Shown piece by piece: positions 10,024 through 19,440 of a stretch of DNA of 64,000 nt. Made by a program: the position numbers and the translations under genes. The notes under the pieces are model-generated. The model worked only from the letters and a program-made list of their open reading frames with translations. It had not been told where the DNA came from and did no database searches. The stretch comes from Desulfobacterales bacterium (GTDB lineage: Bacteria; Desulfobacterota; Desulfobacteria; Desulfobacterales; UBA5852). Within the stretch, counting starts at the first letter, position 1. The number at the start of each line of letters is the position of its first letter. The stretch spans positions 512,001-576,000 of the forward strand of contig CAXXVS010000003.1 in the NCBI GenBank assembly GCA_963674755.2, in the 5' to 3' direction.

Positions 10024-11358
10024 CTATCGTTTTGCCTCGACGGCCTGGATAGACGCTCTTAAAATGGAGACCATTTCGTCAATCTGTCCCTCGTCAATGG
10101 TGAACGGCGGGGCCAGCAGGATGTGGTCCCCGTGGATGCCGTCCACGCCGCCGTTACCCGGATAGGTGATAAGGCCCCGTTCGAAAGCCTGGCCGGCGAC
10201 CTTGATGTTCATCTGGCGATCGCGATCAAACCAGGCCCGGGTGGCTTTGTCCCGGACCAGCTCGATGCCGGCGAAAAGGCCCAGTCCCCGGATTTCCCCT
10301 ACGATGTCCAGGTTTTCAAGCTCGCCCAGTTTTTGGAGCAGATAGGCCCCCATTCGGCGGGAGCGTGCTATCAAGTCGTTTTCCTGAATATAGCGCAGCA
10401 CGGCAGCGCCAATGGCCGTGGACAGGGGGTTCTGCCCGTAGGTGTGGCCATGCACGAATACCCCCGATCCGTTTTTAATGGTGGTGTGAATGTCGTCTTT
10501 CACCATGACCGCCCCCAGGGGGGTGTAGCCCGAACTCAGCCCCTTGGCCATCACGATCAGGTCGGGGACGACCCCCCAGTTGTCAATGCCGAAATTGGTG
10601 CCGCAACGCCCGATCCCGGTCATGACTTCATCCGCAATGAGCTTGATGTCATATTCGTCACAAATTTGTCGGATGCGCTGCCAATAGCCATCCTTGGGAA
10701 CGACTGCCCCGGCCGTGGCCCCCACCACCGGCTCGGCGATGAAGGCGCACACCGATTCGGGCCCTTCGTGCTTGATGCAGCGTTCGAGTTCATCGGCGCA
10801 CTGCAGGTCGCAGGTTTCGGGCTTGGCCTTGAAGCTGCATCGATAACAATAGGCCGGTTCAATGTGCGGCGTGTGCTGAAAGATAGGCAGATAGTGGCTG
10901 CGCCGTACGGTATGGCCGCCCAGGGCCAGGGCGCCGGTGGTATTGCCGTGAAAGCTCGACCAGCGGGAGATAATCTTGTACTTGTCGGGCTGGCCGGCCT
11001 CCCGCCAGTACTGGCGCACCAGTTTGACGGCCGATTCCACGGCCTCGGAACCGCCGGACAGGAAATAGGTGCGCGTCAGGGATTTGTCGGGGGCGATCTG
11101 GTGGAGTAACTCCCCCAGCTCACAGGCGGCCGGGTTGGTAAAGTGGCTGCTGTGGACAAAGGGGACTTTTTGGAACTGGGTCTGCATGGCTTCCAGAATT
11201 TCGGGAACACAATGACCGATGCTGACCACGCAGGCGCCGCCGGAGCCGTCGATGTAGCGCTTGCCCGCCGTGTCCCAGATGTAAACGCCCTCCGCCCGGT
11301 CGGCCACAGGGTAAATCTTCTTCAAATTCCGGTAAAAGACATGATCGCAAGGTTTCAT
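10024..11358 (-). CDS. Class III PLP-dependent aminotransferase
   Basis: YIDGSGGA, SGGSEAVESA, SFHGNT, IAEPVVGA, IADEVMTGIGR, MAKGLSSGY, HGHTY. Confidence 0.92.
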   Translation of the reverse strand: MKPCDHVFYRNLKKIYPVADRAEGVYIWDTAGKRYIDGSGGACVVSIGHCVPEILEAMQTQFQKVPFVHSSHFTNPAACELGELLHQIAPDKSLTRTYFLSGGSEAVESAVKLVRQYWREAGQPDKYKIISRWSSFHGNTTGALALGGHTVRRSHYLPIFQHTPHIEPAYCYRCSFKAKPETCDLQCADELERCIKHEGPESVCAFIAEPVVGATAGAVVPKDGYWQRIRQICDEYDIKLIADEVMTGIGRCGTNFGIDNWGVVPDLIVMAKGLSSGYTPLGAVMVKDDIHTTIKNGSGVFVHGHTYGQNPLSTAIGAAVLRYIQENDLIARSRRMGAYLLQKLGELENLDIVGEIRGLGLFAGIELVRDKATRAWFDRDRQMNIKVAGQAFERGLITYPGNGGVDGIHGDHILLAPPFTIDEGQIDEMVSILRASIQAVEAKR

Positions 11359-11464
11359 TTTTGTCCTCTTTGCAGCGCTATGCTGAAAGCAGTGTTCCAC
11401 TGCCGCCCCTGTTCGTCGACCCAAAGGTCATATCGGCCGCGACCCTGTAGCAGGTCGCGAGTGG

Positions 11465-12313
11465 TCAATCGATTTGCGCCAAAATGCGATCCTTATGATT
11501 CGGATTCAGCGCGAGGATCCGCCGGGCGTCCTCCGGGGATGCGATCTCACGCCCCATCAAGCGGGCGATAGCGGCGACCTTTTCCACCAATTGGGCGTTG
11601 GTGGCCAGGGTTCCGTCAGGCAGCTGCAAGTTGTCTTCGATACCGACGCGGACATGGCCGCCCATGGCAATGGCCGCCGTCGCCAATGGCAGTTCGGCCT
11701 GGCCGATGCCAGCCACCGTCCAAGTGGAATCCGGCGGCAGGGAATCCGCCAGGAAAACCAGGTTTCTGACCGTGCCCGGCATGGAACCGGGTGCGCCCAG
11801 CACAAAATCAAAGTGCAGGGGGAGCGCCAGAAACCCTTTTTTAACTAGGTGCAGAGCATTGCTGATCATACCGGTTTCGAATACCTCGATTTCCGGTTTG
11901 ACGCCGGTATCGCGGAATACGCCAGCCAGAAAGGTAATGAAATCCGGCGCATTTTCATAGACGACGCCCGGCAGGTTATTGGAGCCTGTGGTAAACGAGG
12001 CCATTTCGGGTAACAGCCGCACCGGGTTGGCGCGCGCCTCCCAATCCTTTCCGGCCCGGGCGCCGGTGGACAGCTGGATGATCACATCTGGTGTGCGCGC
12101 CTTGATTCGGCGCACCGTATCCTTGAAAACCCTCAAATCAAGCGTCGGTTTTCCCAGGTGATCCCGTGCATGGACATGGAAAACGCTGGCTCCGGCCGCA
12201 ACGCAGCGGTTTACGTCGGCCGCAATTTCTTCCGATGTGACGGGCACATGAGGCGTTTGCTCCCTTGTCGGTACATTGCCCGTCAAGGCCACGGTAATGA
12301 TCAGCTTTTCCAT
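11465..12313 (-). CDS. Beta-keto acid cleavage enzyme (BKACE/Kce, DUF849 family)
   Basis: IITVALTG, HVHAR (Zn), QLSTG, KPEIEVFE, GGHVRVGIEDN, ASPEDARRIL. Confidence 0.9.
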   Translation of the reverse strand: MEKLIITVALTGNVPTREQTPHVPVTSEEIAADVNRCVAAGASVFHVHARDHLGKPTLDLRVFKDTVRRIKARTPDVIIQLSTGARAGKDWEARANPVRLLPEMASFTTGSNNLPGVVYENAPDFITFLAGVFRDTGVKPEIEVFETGMISNALHLVKKGFLALPLHFDFVLGAPGSMPGTVRNLVFLADSLPPDSTWTVAGIGQAELPLATAAIAMGGHVRVGIEDNLQLPDGTLATNAQLVEKVAAIARLMGREIASPEDARRILALNPNHKDRILAQID

Positions 12314-12505
12314 AGGCCGTCTAATTGTCTATCCGGTAAGGATTGTCAACCTGAAATCAGGTTGCCGACAGGGGGGCTACGCCATTGGCCTTGACGGATA
12401 CCGGTTTGGGCCGGGTGAAAAGAGCCGGGGTCCGGGAGGCGTGCAAGGCGCTCCCCGCGAGTGGCGTTGGGAAGATGGAGATTAACGGGCCACGGATGAT
12501 TTTAA

Positions 12506-12540
12506 TGAAATAAGGACGCCCGCAACCGCGGGCGTCCTTT
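12506..12540 (-). terminator. Intrinsic terminator after the second amt gene
   Basis: AAGGACGCCCGC-AACC-GCGGGCGTCCTT perfect 12-bp stem, followed on the minus strand by TTATTTC. Confidence 0.8.
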
Positions 12541-12628
12541 CAGGGAGGATCGGGCCGGAGTGCTGGGATCAGGTTCCGGCCCCTGGCTTCGAATGAACGC
12601 TTGGGAGGCTCATTCATTCAGGCATATC

Positions 12629-13960
12629 TCAACTCTGGGCATAAGTAGAAGTCTCGAAGTCCGGGTAGGCGCTACCCCCGTGTTCAATGACGTCCAGGCC
12701 CTCGGTTTCCTCTTCGGGCGAAACTCGCAGGCCGATGGTGGCCGTTATGATTTTGAACATGATAAAAGCAATCCCAAAGGTATAGACAAAGCAGGCGGCG
12801 ATACCGATCAGCTGAACGCCGATGATGGTAGCGGTGGTGCCGCCGATGTTGAAGATGCCGGCCGCCAGGGTGCCCCAGGCGCCGTTGACGCCGTGAACCG
12901 AAACAGCGCCTACCGGATCGTCGATCTTGATTTTATCGATGAAGAGCACCGAGATCACCACGAGAACACCGGCGATGGCGCCGATGATGATCGCACTGGC
13001 AGGGGAGACGTTGGCGCAGCCTGCGGTGATGGCTACCAGACCGGCCAGGGCGCCGTTGAGGGTCATGCCCACTTCAGGCTTGCCGAACTTGATCCAGGAG
13101 GTGATCAAGGCTGTACACGCCCCGGCGGCAGCAGCCAGGTTGGTGTTGACGAAGATCATGGCGATGCTTTTGTCGGCGGTTGTGGTGGAGCCGGGGTTGA
13201 AACCGAACCAGCCTAGCCACAGAATGAAGACACCCAGGGCCGCCAGGGGCATGTTATGGCCCATAATGGCGCGGGGTTTGCCGTCCGGCCCGTATTTGCC
13301 GATGCGCGGACCCAGCACGATGGCGCCGGCCAGAGCGGCCCAGCCACCCACGGAGTGCACCACGGTGGAGCCGGCAAAATCGATGAAGCCCAGCCCTTCC
13401 AGCCAGCCGTTGCCATGGTACAGGCTGCCCCAGGCCCAACTGCCGAAGACCGGATAAATGACCGTACTGACGATGGCGCTATAGATCAGATAGCTGACAA
13501 ATTTGGTGCGTTCCGCCATGGCGCCGGAAACGATGGTGGCGGCCGTGGCGGCGAAAACCACCTGGAACATCCAGAAGGCCAGCACCCACGGATCACCGCC
13601 GGGCGTAAAATCACTGAGAAAAAATCCATCGGTGCCGAACCACCCGGTAGTGGTGGTACCGAACATGATACCGAAACCCACCGCCCAGTAGACGATGGAA
13701 CCCACGGAAAAATCCATGAGGTTTTTCATCAGGATGTTGATGGCATTCTTGGCGCGCGTAAAGCCGGTTTCCACCATGGCGAAGCCGGCCTGCATGAAAA
13801 AGACCAGGGCTGCAGCGATCAGAGTCCAGAGATAGTTGGCATGGGTCTGCACCAGGTCGATGGCCTCCTTATTGCTCAAAGCGGTCGGCACTTCATCCCC
13901 TGCCCAGGCACTGCCGGCTGTTGCCGCGATCAGTACGAGAATAAATATCAATCTCCTCAC
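12629..13960 (-). CDS. amt: Ammonium transporter (second, divergent paralog)
   Basis: FFMQAGFAMVETG, IVSGAMAER, DFAGSTVVH, GWFGFNPGS, DDPVGAVSVHG; GTG start with AAGGAG. Confidence 0.95.
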   Translation of the reverse strand: MRRLIFILVLIAATAGSAWAGDEVPTALSNKEAIDLVQTHANYLWTLIAAALVFFMQAGFAMVETGFTRAKNAINILMKNLMDFSVGSIVYWAVGFGIMFGTTTTGWFGTDGFFLSDFTPGGDPWVLAFWMFQVVFAATAATIVSGAMAERTKFVSYLIYSAIVSTVIYPVFGSWAWGSLYHGNGWLEGLGFIDFAGSTVVHSVGGWAALAGAIVLGPRIGKYGPDGKPRAIMGHNMPLAALGVFILWLGWFGFNPGSTTTADKSIAMIFVNTNLAAAAGACTALITSWIKFGKPEVGMTLNGALAGLVAITAGCANVSPASAIIIGAIAGVLVVISVLFIDKIKIDDPVGAVSVHGVNGAWGTLAAGIFNIGGTTATIIGVQLIGIAACFVYTFGIAFIMFKIITATIGLRVSPEEETEGLDVIEHGGSAYPDFETSTYAQS

Positions 13961-14009
13961 GATGGCTCTCCTTATCTACTGTAGGTTGCTGTGCGTTGGC
14001 ACGAATTGA

Positions 14010-14378
<369 letters not shown>

Positions 14379-14420
14379 TCAGTGCGCGCAGCCGTTGAAT
14401 TGCTTTTGAGAGGGGTTTAA

Positions 14421-14436
14421 AGCATAGGCTGTGCCA
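14421..14436 (-). promoter_or_regulatory. sigma54 promoter of glnK-amt
   Basis: Minus strand TGGCAC-AGCCT-ATGCT, conserved GG-N10-GC. Confidence 0.8.
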
Positions 14437-14527
14437 GATGAAATTGTGCGACCGAAAAAGAGTTTATGATATTGAATAAACAGCATAATTTAAATTTTAA
14501 GCGCTTAAGGGAAAAAGGGCTTTAAAT

Positions 14528-14599
14528 GACAATTATGTATATAATAGATATATTAATTACATTTTTGGCATTTTAAGTGGGGAAACATACAATATCGTT
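14528..14599. promoter_or_regulatory. Phased palindromic putative activator sites
   Basis: GACAATTATGTA (14528), TACATTTTTGGC (14558), TACAATATCGTT (14588, weak); 30-bp period in an AT-rich tract. Confidence 0.65.
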
Positions 14600-14613
14600 G
14601 ATTGCGAGGTGGA

Positions 14614-17523
14614 TTAAGGCAAGCTGTGGGCTTCCAGGAAATGCGTCCAGGCGTGGGTGACAGACTCCCGTTGGGCGGCAAAGCGGTCGATAGGCAGGAT
14701 CGGGGGTTGGTTTTGCAAATTGAGACGGTGAACGGCGGCCCGGTAAGTCAGATAGGCTTCCCGCAGGCGGTAGGCGGTGGCGTGGTCGATCTGCCCGCTG
14801 TCGATCAGGGTGACCAGCAGGCGGACATTGTCGGTCCAGTCGGTGAGGTTCGGATGCTGGTGGGAATAGGCTAGAACCAAATACTGAACGATGAACTCGA
14901 TGTCCACAATGCCGCCCCGGCCCTGTTTGACATCGAAGGCGGCCGCCTCGTTCAAACCTTTTTCTTTCAGCAGGCGCAGGCGCATATCGAGGACATCGTG
15001 TCTGAGCTGCTCCCGGTCGCGCGGCTGGGCCAGGATGTCACGACGGATACGGTGAAAGCGCGCCCTGAGCTGCGGATCGCCGCACAGGGCGCGGGCCCTG
15101 ATCAGGGCCTGATGCTCCCAGGTCCAGGCGCTTTCCCGCTGGTATTTTGCAAAGGCATCGATGTGGCTGACAAGGGGGCCGGAACTGCCGCTGGGCCGCA
15201 GGCGCATGTCGGTTTCGTAGATGCGGCCCGCCCGGGTGTGGCTCGTCAAAATGTGGATGACCCGTTGCCCCAGGCGGGCGAAAAACTGGGTGTTGTCGAT
15301 AGGTCGTACACCGCCCGTGGTTTGACCCGGGGCGGCGGCATGCAGGAAGACCAGGTCCAGATCGGAGCCATAGCCCAGTTCGAACCCCCCCAGTTTGCCG
15401 TAGGCTACGATGGCAAATCCATTTTCACAGGCGGTCCCCTCCAGATGGCAGGCGGGCCGCCCGTGTTTGGCGCTTAGTTCACGCCAGACCGTCTGCACCA
15501 CCGCATCCAGGATCACTTCCGCCAGGTCGGAGAGGTGGTCGCTGACCTTCATCAGGGGCAGGACTCCGGTAACATCAGCGGCAGCGACGCGCAGGGTGTT
15601 TACCTGTTGAAAGACGCACAGGGACTCGATGAAAAATTCCACTTCGTCCGGCGGTATGTTTTCCCGCAGGCGGGCCAGCTCTTCTTCCATTTCCCGGCGT
15701 CCCGGCGGTCTGAAAAGCGTACGAGGGTCGATGAGTTCGTCGAGCAGCACCGGGTGGCGGGCCAGGAAGGTGGCGATGAAGTGGCTTGCCCCGGTCAGTC
15801 GTACGAGGTGCTGCAGCACGGTGGGATTTTCCGCCAGCAGGGAAAGATAGGTGGTGCGCCGGCCGATGTTGGCCAGGATGTCGAGGATTCGGCCCAGGGT
15901 CATATCCGGCGCTTCGCTGCGGCTGGTTTCCAGCAGAAAGAGGGGGATGAGCCGCTCCAGACGCTGCTGCCCCTCCCGGCTGATTTTCTGCTTTCCCGCC
16001 TGGCGGTGCAGATAATCCAGACGGCTTAAAATGTCTTGGGGGTCGGAAAAGCCGGCCTCCGTTAGAATAGCGTAGGCTTGGTCCGGTTCCACCGAAGCAA
16101 ACCAGACGGCCGACAAGGATTCGATCAACCGGGCGTCTTCGGATTCCCCGGGCTTTTCAGCGACGGGTTCCAGTAGGGTGGCAAACTGCCGGTGGACGAG
16201 GCGCCGATGCTCTTCCAGAGCCGTCTGGAAAGTGGTTTTGTCGGAATAGCCCATGGCCCAGGCCAGGCGTAGGCGCGCCACCGGATCATCGGGTATGTCG
16301 TGGGTCTGCTGATCCCGGTAGGCTTGCAGCCGGTGTTCCACCCGCCGCAAGAAGCAGTAGGCGGCTTGGAGGGCGGCTCCGATGTCCGGCGCGACCATAT
16401 CGTGGCGAACCAAGAGAGCCAGCACGCGCAGGATGCGCCTCTCTTGAAGATCAGGCTCGATACCCCCCCGGATGAGCTGGAAGATCTGACCGAAGAACTC
16501 CACCTCGCGGATGCCCCCGGCGCCTATCTTAATGTTTTTTTCGATGCCCCGCCGTTTCACCTCCATGGCGATCTTTTGCTTCATTTCCCGCAGGGATTCA
16601 AAGACGCCATAGTCCAGATAGCGGCGGTAGACAAAGGGGTGCAGCATGTCCAGCAAGTCGCGGCCGGCCCGGTTGTCGCCGGCCACCACCCGGGCCTTGA
16701 TCCAGGCATAGCGCTCCCATTCCCGGCCCTGGGCCTGGTAGTAGCTTTCCAGAGCGGCAAAACTCATCACCAGAGGACCGCTTTCACCGTAAGGACGCAG
16801 GTTGGTGTCGATGCGGAAAACAAACCCTTCCTCGGTGACCTGCCCTAACACGCGGACCAGGCGGCGACAGAGTTGCAGGAAAAACTCATCGTTGGAAATG
16901 GCCGTTGCGGCACCTTGGGTGTGGCCGGACTCAGGAAAGGCGAAGATCAGATCGACGTCGGAGGAGAAATTGAGCTCGCCAGCCCCCAGTTTGCCCATCC
17001 CGACCACCACGAGTTCCTGGACGCTGCCTGTGGTGCCGGTGGGGGTGCCCAACTGCCGGCATAGTCCTTTGTAGAGGATGTCCAGGGCGGCCCCGATGCA
17101 GGCATCCGCCAGCGCGGTCAGATTTTCGATGGTCTCCCCAAGATCGGCACGGCCGGCGAGATCCCGCCAGGCGATCCGGACCATTTCGCGGCGGCGCTGT
17201 TGGCGCAGTTCACGGCCCAGGGCTTTCTCCAGGGCCGTGAAATCATTTTCGGGTACCTGGGCCAGGACGGCTTGCAGGCTGTTCCGGTAGGCTTCTTCAG
17301 GATAGCTGCGTAGCAGGTCGCCACTTTCCAGGAGGTCACCCAAGACCTGGGGATGGCGCTGGCCGGTACGGGCAATAAAGTCACTGCACGCTAAAACTCC
17401 CAGGATCTCTTCAGTCAGGTCGTCGGGGACGTGGAGGCTAACGCCGGCCCTGCGGGCCGCAGCGAAAAGGGATTCCAGTTTGTCCCGGGCTTCCTGGGCC
17501 AGGGGGGCGGGCAGCGGTTGCAT
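14614..17523 (-). CDS. glnE: Glutamine synthetase adenylyltransferase/adenylyl-removing enzyme
   Basis: Two NTase domains: GMGKLGAGELNFSSDVDL and AYGKLGGFELGYGSDLDL; DMRLRPSG; WTWEHQAL. Confidence 0.97.
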   Translation of the reverse strand: MQPLPAPLAQEARDKLESLFAAARRAGVSLHVPDDLTEEILGVLACSDFIARTGQRHPQVLGDLLESGDLLRSYPEEAYRNSLQAVLAQVPENDFTALEKALGRELRQQRRREMVRIAWRDLAGRADLGETIENLTALADACIGAALDILYKGLCRQLGTPTGTTGSVQELVVVGMGKLGAGELNFSSDVDLIFAFPESGHTQGAATAISNDEFFLQLCRRLVRVLGQVTEEGFVFRIDTNLRPYGESGPLVMSFAALESYYQAQGREWERYAWIKARVVAGDNRAGRDLLDMLHPFVYRRYLDYGVFESLREMKQKIAMEVKRRGIEKNIKIGAGGIREVEFFGQIFQLIRGGIEPDLQERRILRVLALLVRHDMVAPDIGAALQAAYCFLRRVEHRLQAYRDQQTHDIPDDPVARLRLAWAMGYSDKTTFQTALEEHRRLVHRQFATLLEPVAEKPGESEDARLIESLSAVWFASVEPDQAYAILTEAGFSDPQDILSRLDYLHRQAGKQKISREGQQRLERLIPLFLLETSRSEAPDMTLGRILDILANIGRRTTYLSLLAENPTVLQHLVRLTGASHFIATFLARHPVLLDELIDPRTLFRPPGRREMEEELARLRENIPPDEVEFFIESLCVFQQVNTLRVAAADVTGVLPLMKVSDHLSDLAEVILDAVVQTVWRELSAKHGRPACHLEGTACENGFAIVAYGKLGGFELGYGSDLDLVFLHAAAPGQTTGGVRPIDNTQFFARLGQRVIHILTSHTRAGRIYETDMRLRPSGSSGPLVSHIDAFAKYQRESAWTWEHQALIRARALCGDPQLRARFHRIRRDILAQPRDREQLRHDVLDMRLRLLKEKGLNEAAAFDVKQGRGGIVDIEFIVQYLVLAYSHQHPNLTDWTDNVRLLVTLIDSGQIDHATAYRLREAYLTYRAAVHRLNLQNQPPILPIDRFAAQRESVTHAWTHFLEAHSLP

Positions 17524-17558
17524 GGGATCCTCTATCGATCAGGAGATGGAAAGCGTCG

Positions 17559-18896
17559 TCATTGGCGCAGATAGCCCCACTGGACCAGCCGTTGGTAGGC
17601 ATGCTGGGCCTGGGGACCCTGCTGGACGACCTTTAAGTAGTCGGCATAATAGCGGGCCGCTTCCTTTTGCCGCTGGGCCCCTTCCTGGGCGTAGCCTTTA
17701 TAAAATAGGATTTCCGGGTTGTTTGGAAGGCGCACATCATAGGCCTCGAAATCCCGGAAAGCGGCATTGAAACGGCGCGTTTGCAAACGTGCAAATCCGG
17801 CCACCAGGTAGCTCTGGGCTTCGCCCGGGTAGGTCTGCTGGGCGGCCACGGCGTAGCGTTCGGCCTCTTCAAAGCGTTTTTGGGCATAGCGGCACTTGGC
17901 CATCATGAGGTTGGCCGCATAGTCCTGGGGCGCGATCCGGAGAGCCTGCTGAAATTGGGCGGCGGCCCCGTCGAAATTTTCCCGGCCCATTTCCTTCTCG
18001 CCGTTTTGCATGGCTTCGATGGCCCCCTGGATCCTGCGCAGCCCGGCGGTTTGATCCATATAGCGCTCGCGGTAAAGGGCGCCCGTGTCCTGGGCGTAGC
18101 GGGTGCGGACCGCTTTAACGGCGGTTTGATAGCGCTCGTCGCTCATGGGGTGGGTGGCAAACAGCGTCTGCACGGCATTGGGATTCTGGCTGTTGAGGCT
18201 GCGCAGCATTTCCATCAGCTCCACAAAACCCTGGGGAGCGTAGCCGGCGGCGGCCATGTAGCGCAGTCCCAGATCGTCGGCCTCTCGCTCGTTGTCCCGG
18301 CTGTAAGAGGCCAGCAGGGCGCCGGCCCCGATGCTGCCCAATTGCGCCGTCAGGTCGCCCAGGGTGCTGCCCTGGGTGCCGACGATGGCCGCCGCTCCGC
18401 CCACGAGGGTTTGGGTGAGCATGGCCTGGGACATTTGATGGGCGGTGTGCCGGGCATTGACGTGACCCAGTTCATGCCCCAGAAGGGAGGCCAGTTCAGC
18501 TTCGTCGTTGAGCTTGAGCAAAATGCCGCGGGTTGCGGAGATGGTGCCGCCGGGGAAAGCATAGGCGTTGATGTAGGTCGCGTTGACCACGTCGAAGCGG
18601 TAGGGCATGCGGGGGCGGTGGCTGACAGCGGCCAGCCGCTGGCCCACCTGGCCCACGTAGGTTTCGAGGCTTCGATCCTGGGTGAGGCCATAATCAGAGG
18701 ATATCTGGTAGGGGGAATTCTGGCGGTCGAGCTGGATTTCCTCCTGTTCGGACATCAGCATCAGCTGGCTGCGGCCGGTTACCGGGTTGGTGGCGCATCC
18801 ACTTAAAAAGCCGGCCGCCGCCAGCGCGCTTAAGCGCATAAAATCCCGCCTGTTCATGCCGCGAGCCGTCAACCATTTATGTGTCGGGAGGGACAT
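17559..18896 (-). CDS. M48 family zinc metalloprotease with C-terminal TPRs; Tat-type lipoprotein signal
   Basis: NRRDFM twin-arginine plus LSGC lipobox; INAYAFPGG, HELGH, NEREAD, ATHP; AAGGAGG RBS before 18896. Confidence 0.9.
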   Translation of the reverse strand: MSLPTHKWLTARGMNRRDFMRLSALAAAGFLSGCATNPVTGRSQLMLMSEQEEIQLDRQNSPYQISSDYGLTQDRSLETYVGQVGQRLAAVSHRPRMPYRFDVVNATYINAYAFPGGTISATRGILLKLNDEAELASLLGHELGHVNARHTAHQMSQAMLTQTLVGGAAAIVGTQGSTLGDLTAQLGSIGAGALLASYSRDNEREADDLGLRYMAAAGYAPQGFVELMEMLRSLNSQNPNAVQTLFATHPMSDERYQTAVKAVRTRYAQDTGALYRERYMDQTAGLRRIQGAIEAMQNGEKEMGRENFDGAAAQFQQALRIAPQDYAANLMMAKCRYAQKRFEEAERYAVAAQQTYPGEAQSYLVAGFARLQTRRFNAAFRDFEAYDVRLPNNPEILFYKGYAQEGAQRQKEAARYYADYLKVVQQGPQAQHAYQRLVQWGYLRQ

Positions 18897-19110
18897 GGGA
18901 ATCCTCCTTTTCATCAAATTATTTATATCGATAGCGCCCGTCTCCGCGTGGCATCAGAGGCGACTGCAGTGGATATACTGAAAAAACAGGGCAAGATCAA
19001 ATACGCCTTGATTCTTTTGGGAAAGATCAGCTATGGTAACGGTTCGCCTTTGCCCCAGGCTGACGGCATCTTCCTGATAATTCATTGGAAATTGGGGGAT
19101 TGTGAAAACA

Positions 19111-19153
19111 GACAAATTTGTCGATGTTTTTCCAGGTTAGCGACAATTTTGTT
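19111..19153. promoter_or_regulatory. Tandem palindromic putative activator sites
   Basis: GACAAATTTGTC (19111-19122, perfect palindrome) and GACAATTTTGTT (19142-19153), 31 bp apart. Confidence 0.72.
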
Positions 19154-19240
19154 GTTGATAGACCGTCCTGCATGCGCCGGTTTCATTTGGTTCCCATCCA
19201 ACCTGTTGGTAACAAACAAGAATTCGGTGACGACGGTTCG

Positions 19241-19256
19241 TGGCACGGCCGTTGCT
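19241..19256 (+). promoter_or_regulatory. sigma54 promoter of the glutamate synthase operon
   Basis: TGGCACGGCCGTTGCT, full match to TGGCACG-N4-TTGCW. Confidence 0.9.
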
Positions 19257-19440
19257 TAGTACGCTAAGGCGCTTCGCTAAAATCGTATTCCCCTGACCGC
19301 CAGGCGGGTTTGCCTCAGGATGCGTTTTGCGGACGCCGCGTGGGCAATAGGTGCCTGATTTGCATGGAAAACAAATTATATAGTTATTTCGAAAAGTAAT
19401 CGGTCTCAGGAATCATTTCTGGCAAGGAGGATCGATCGTT

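Noticed and set aside
11465..12313. Calling the gene kce of lysine fermentation
   Set aside because: No kamA, kdd or kal neighbours, and the Kce-type Glu appears absent
14440..14610. Strongly AT-rich tract as foreign DNA or an origin
   Set aside because: Explained by the enhancer and promoter region; no DnaA boxes or mobility genes seen
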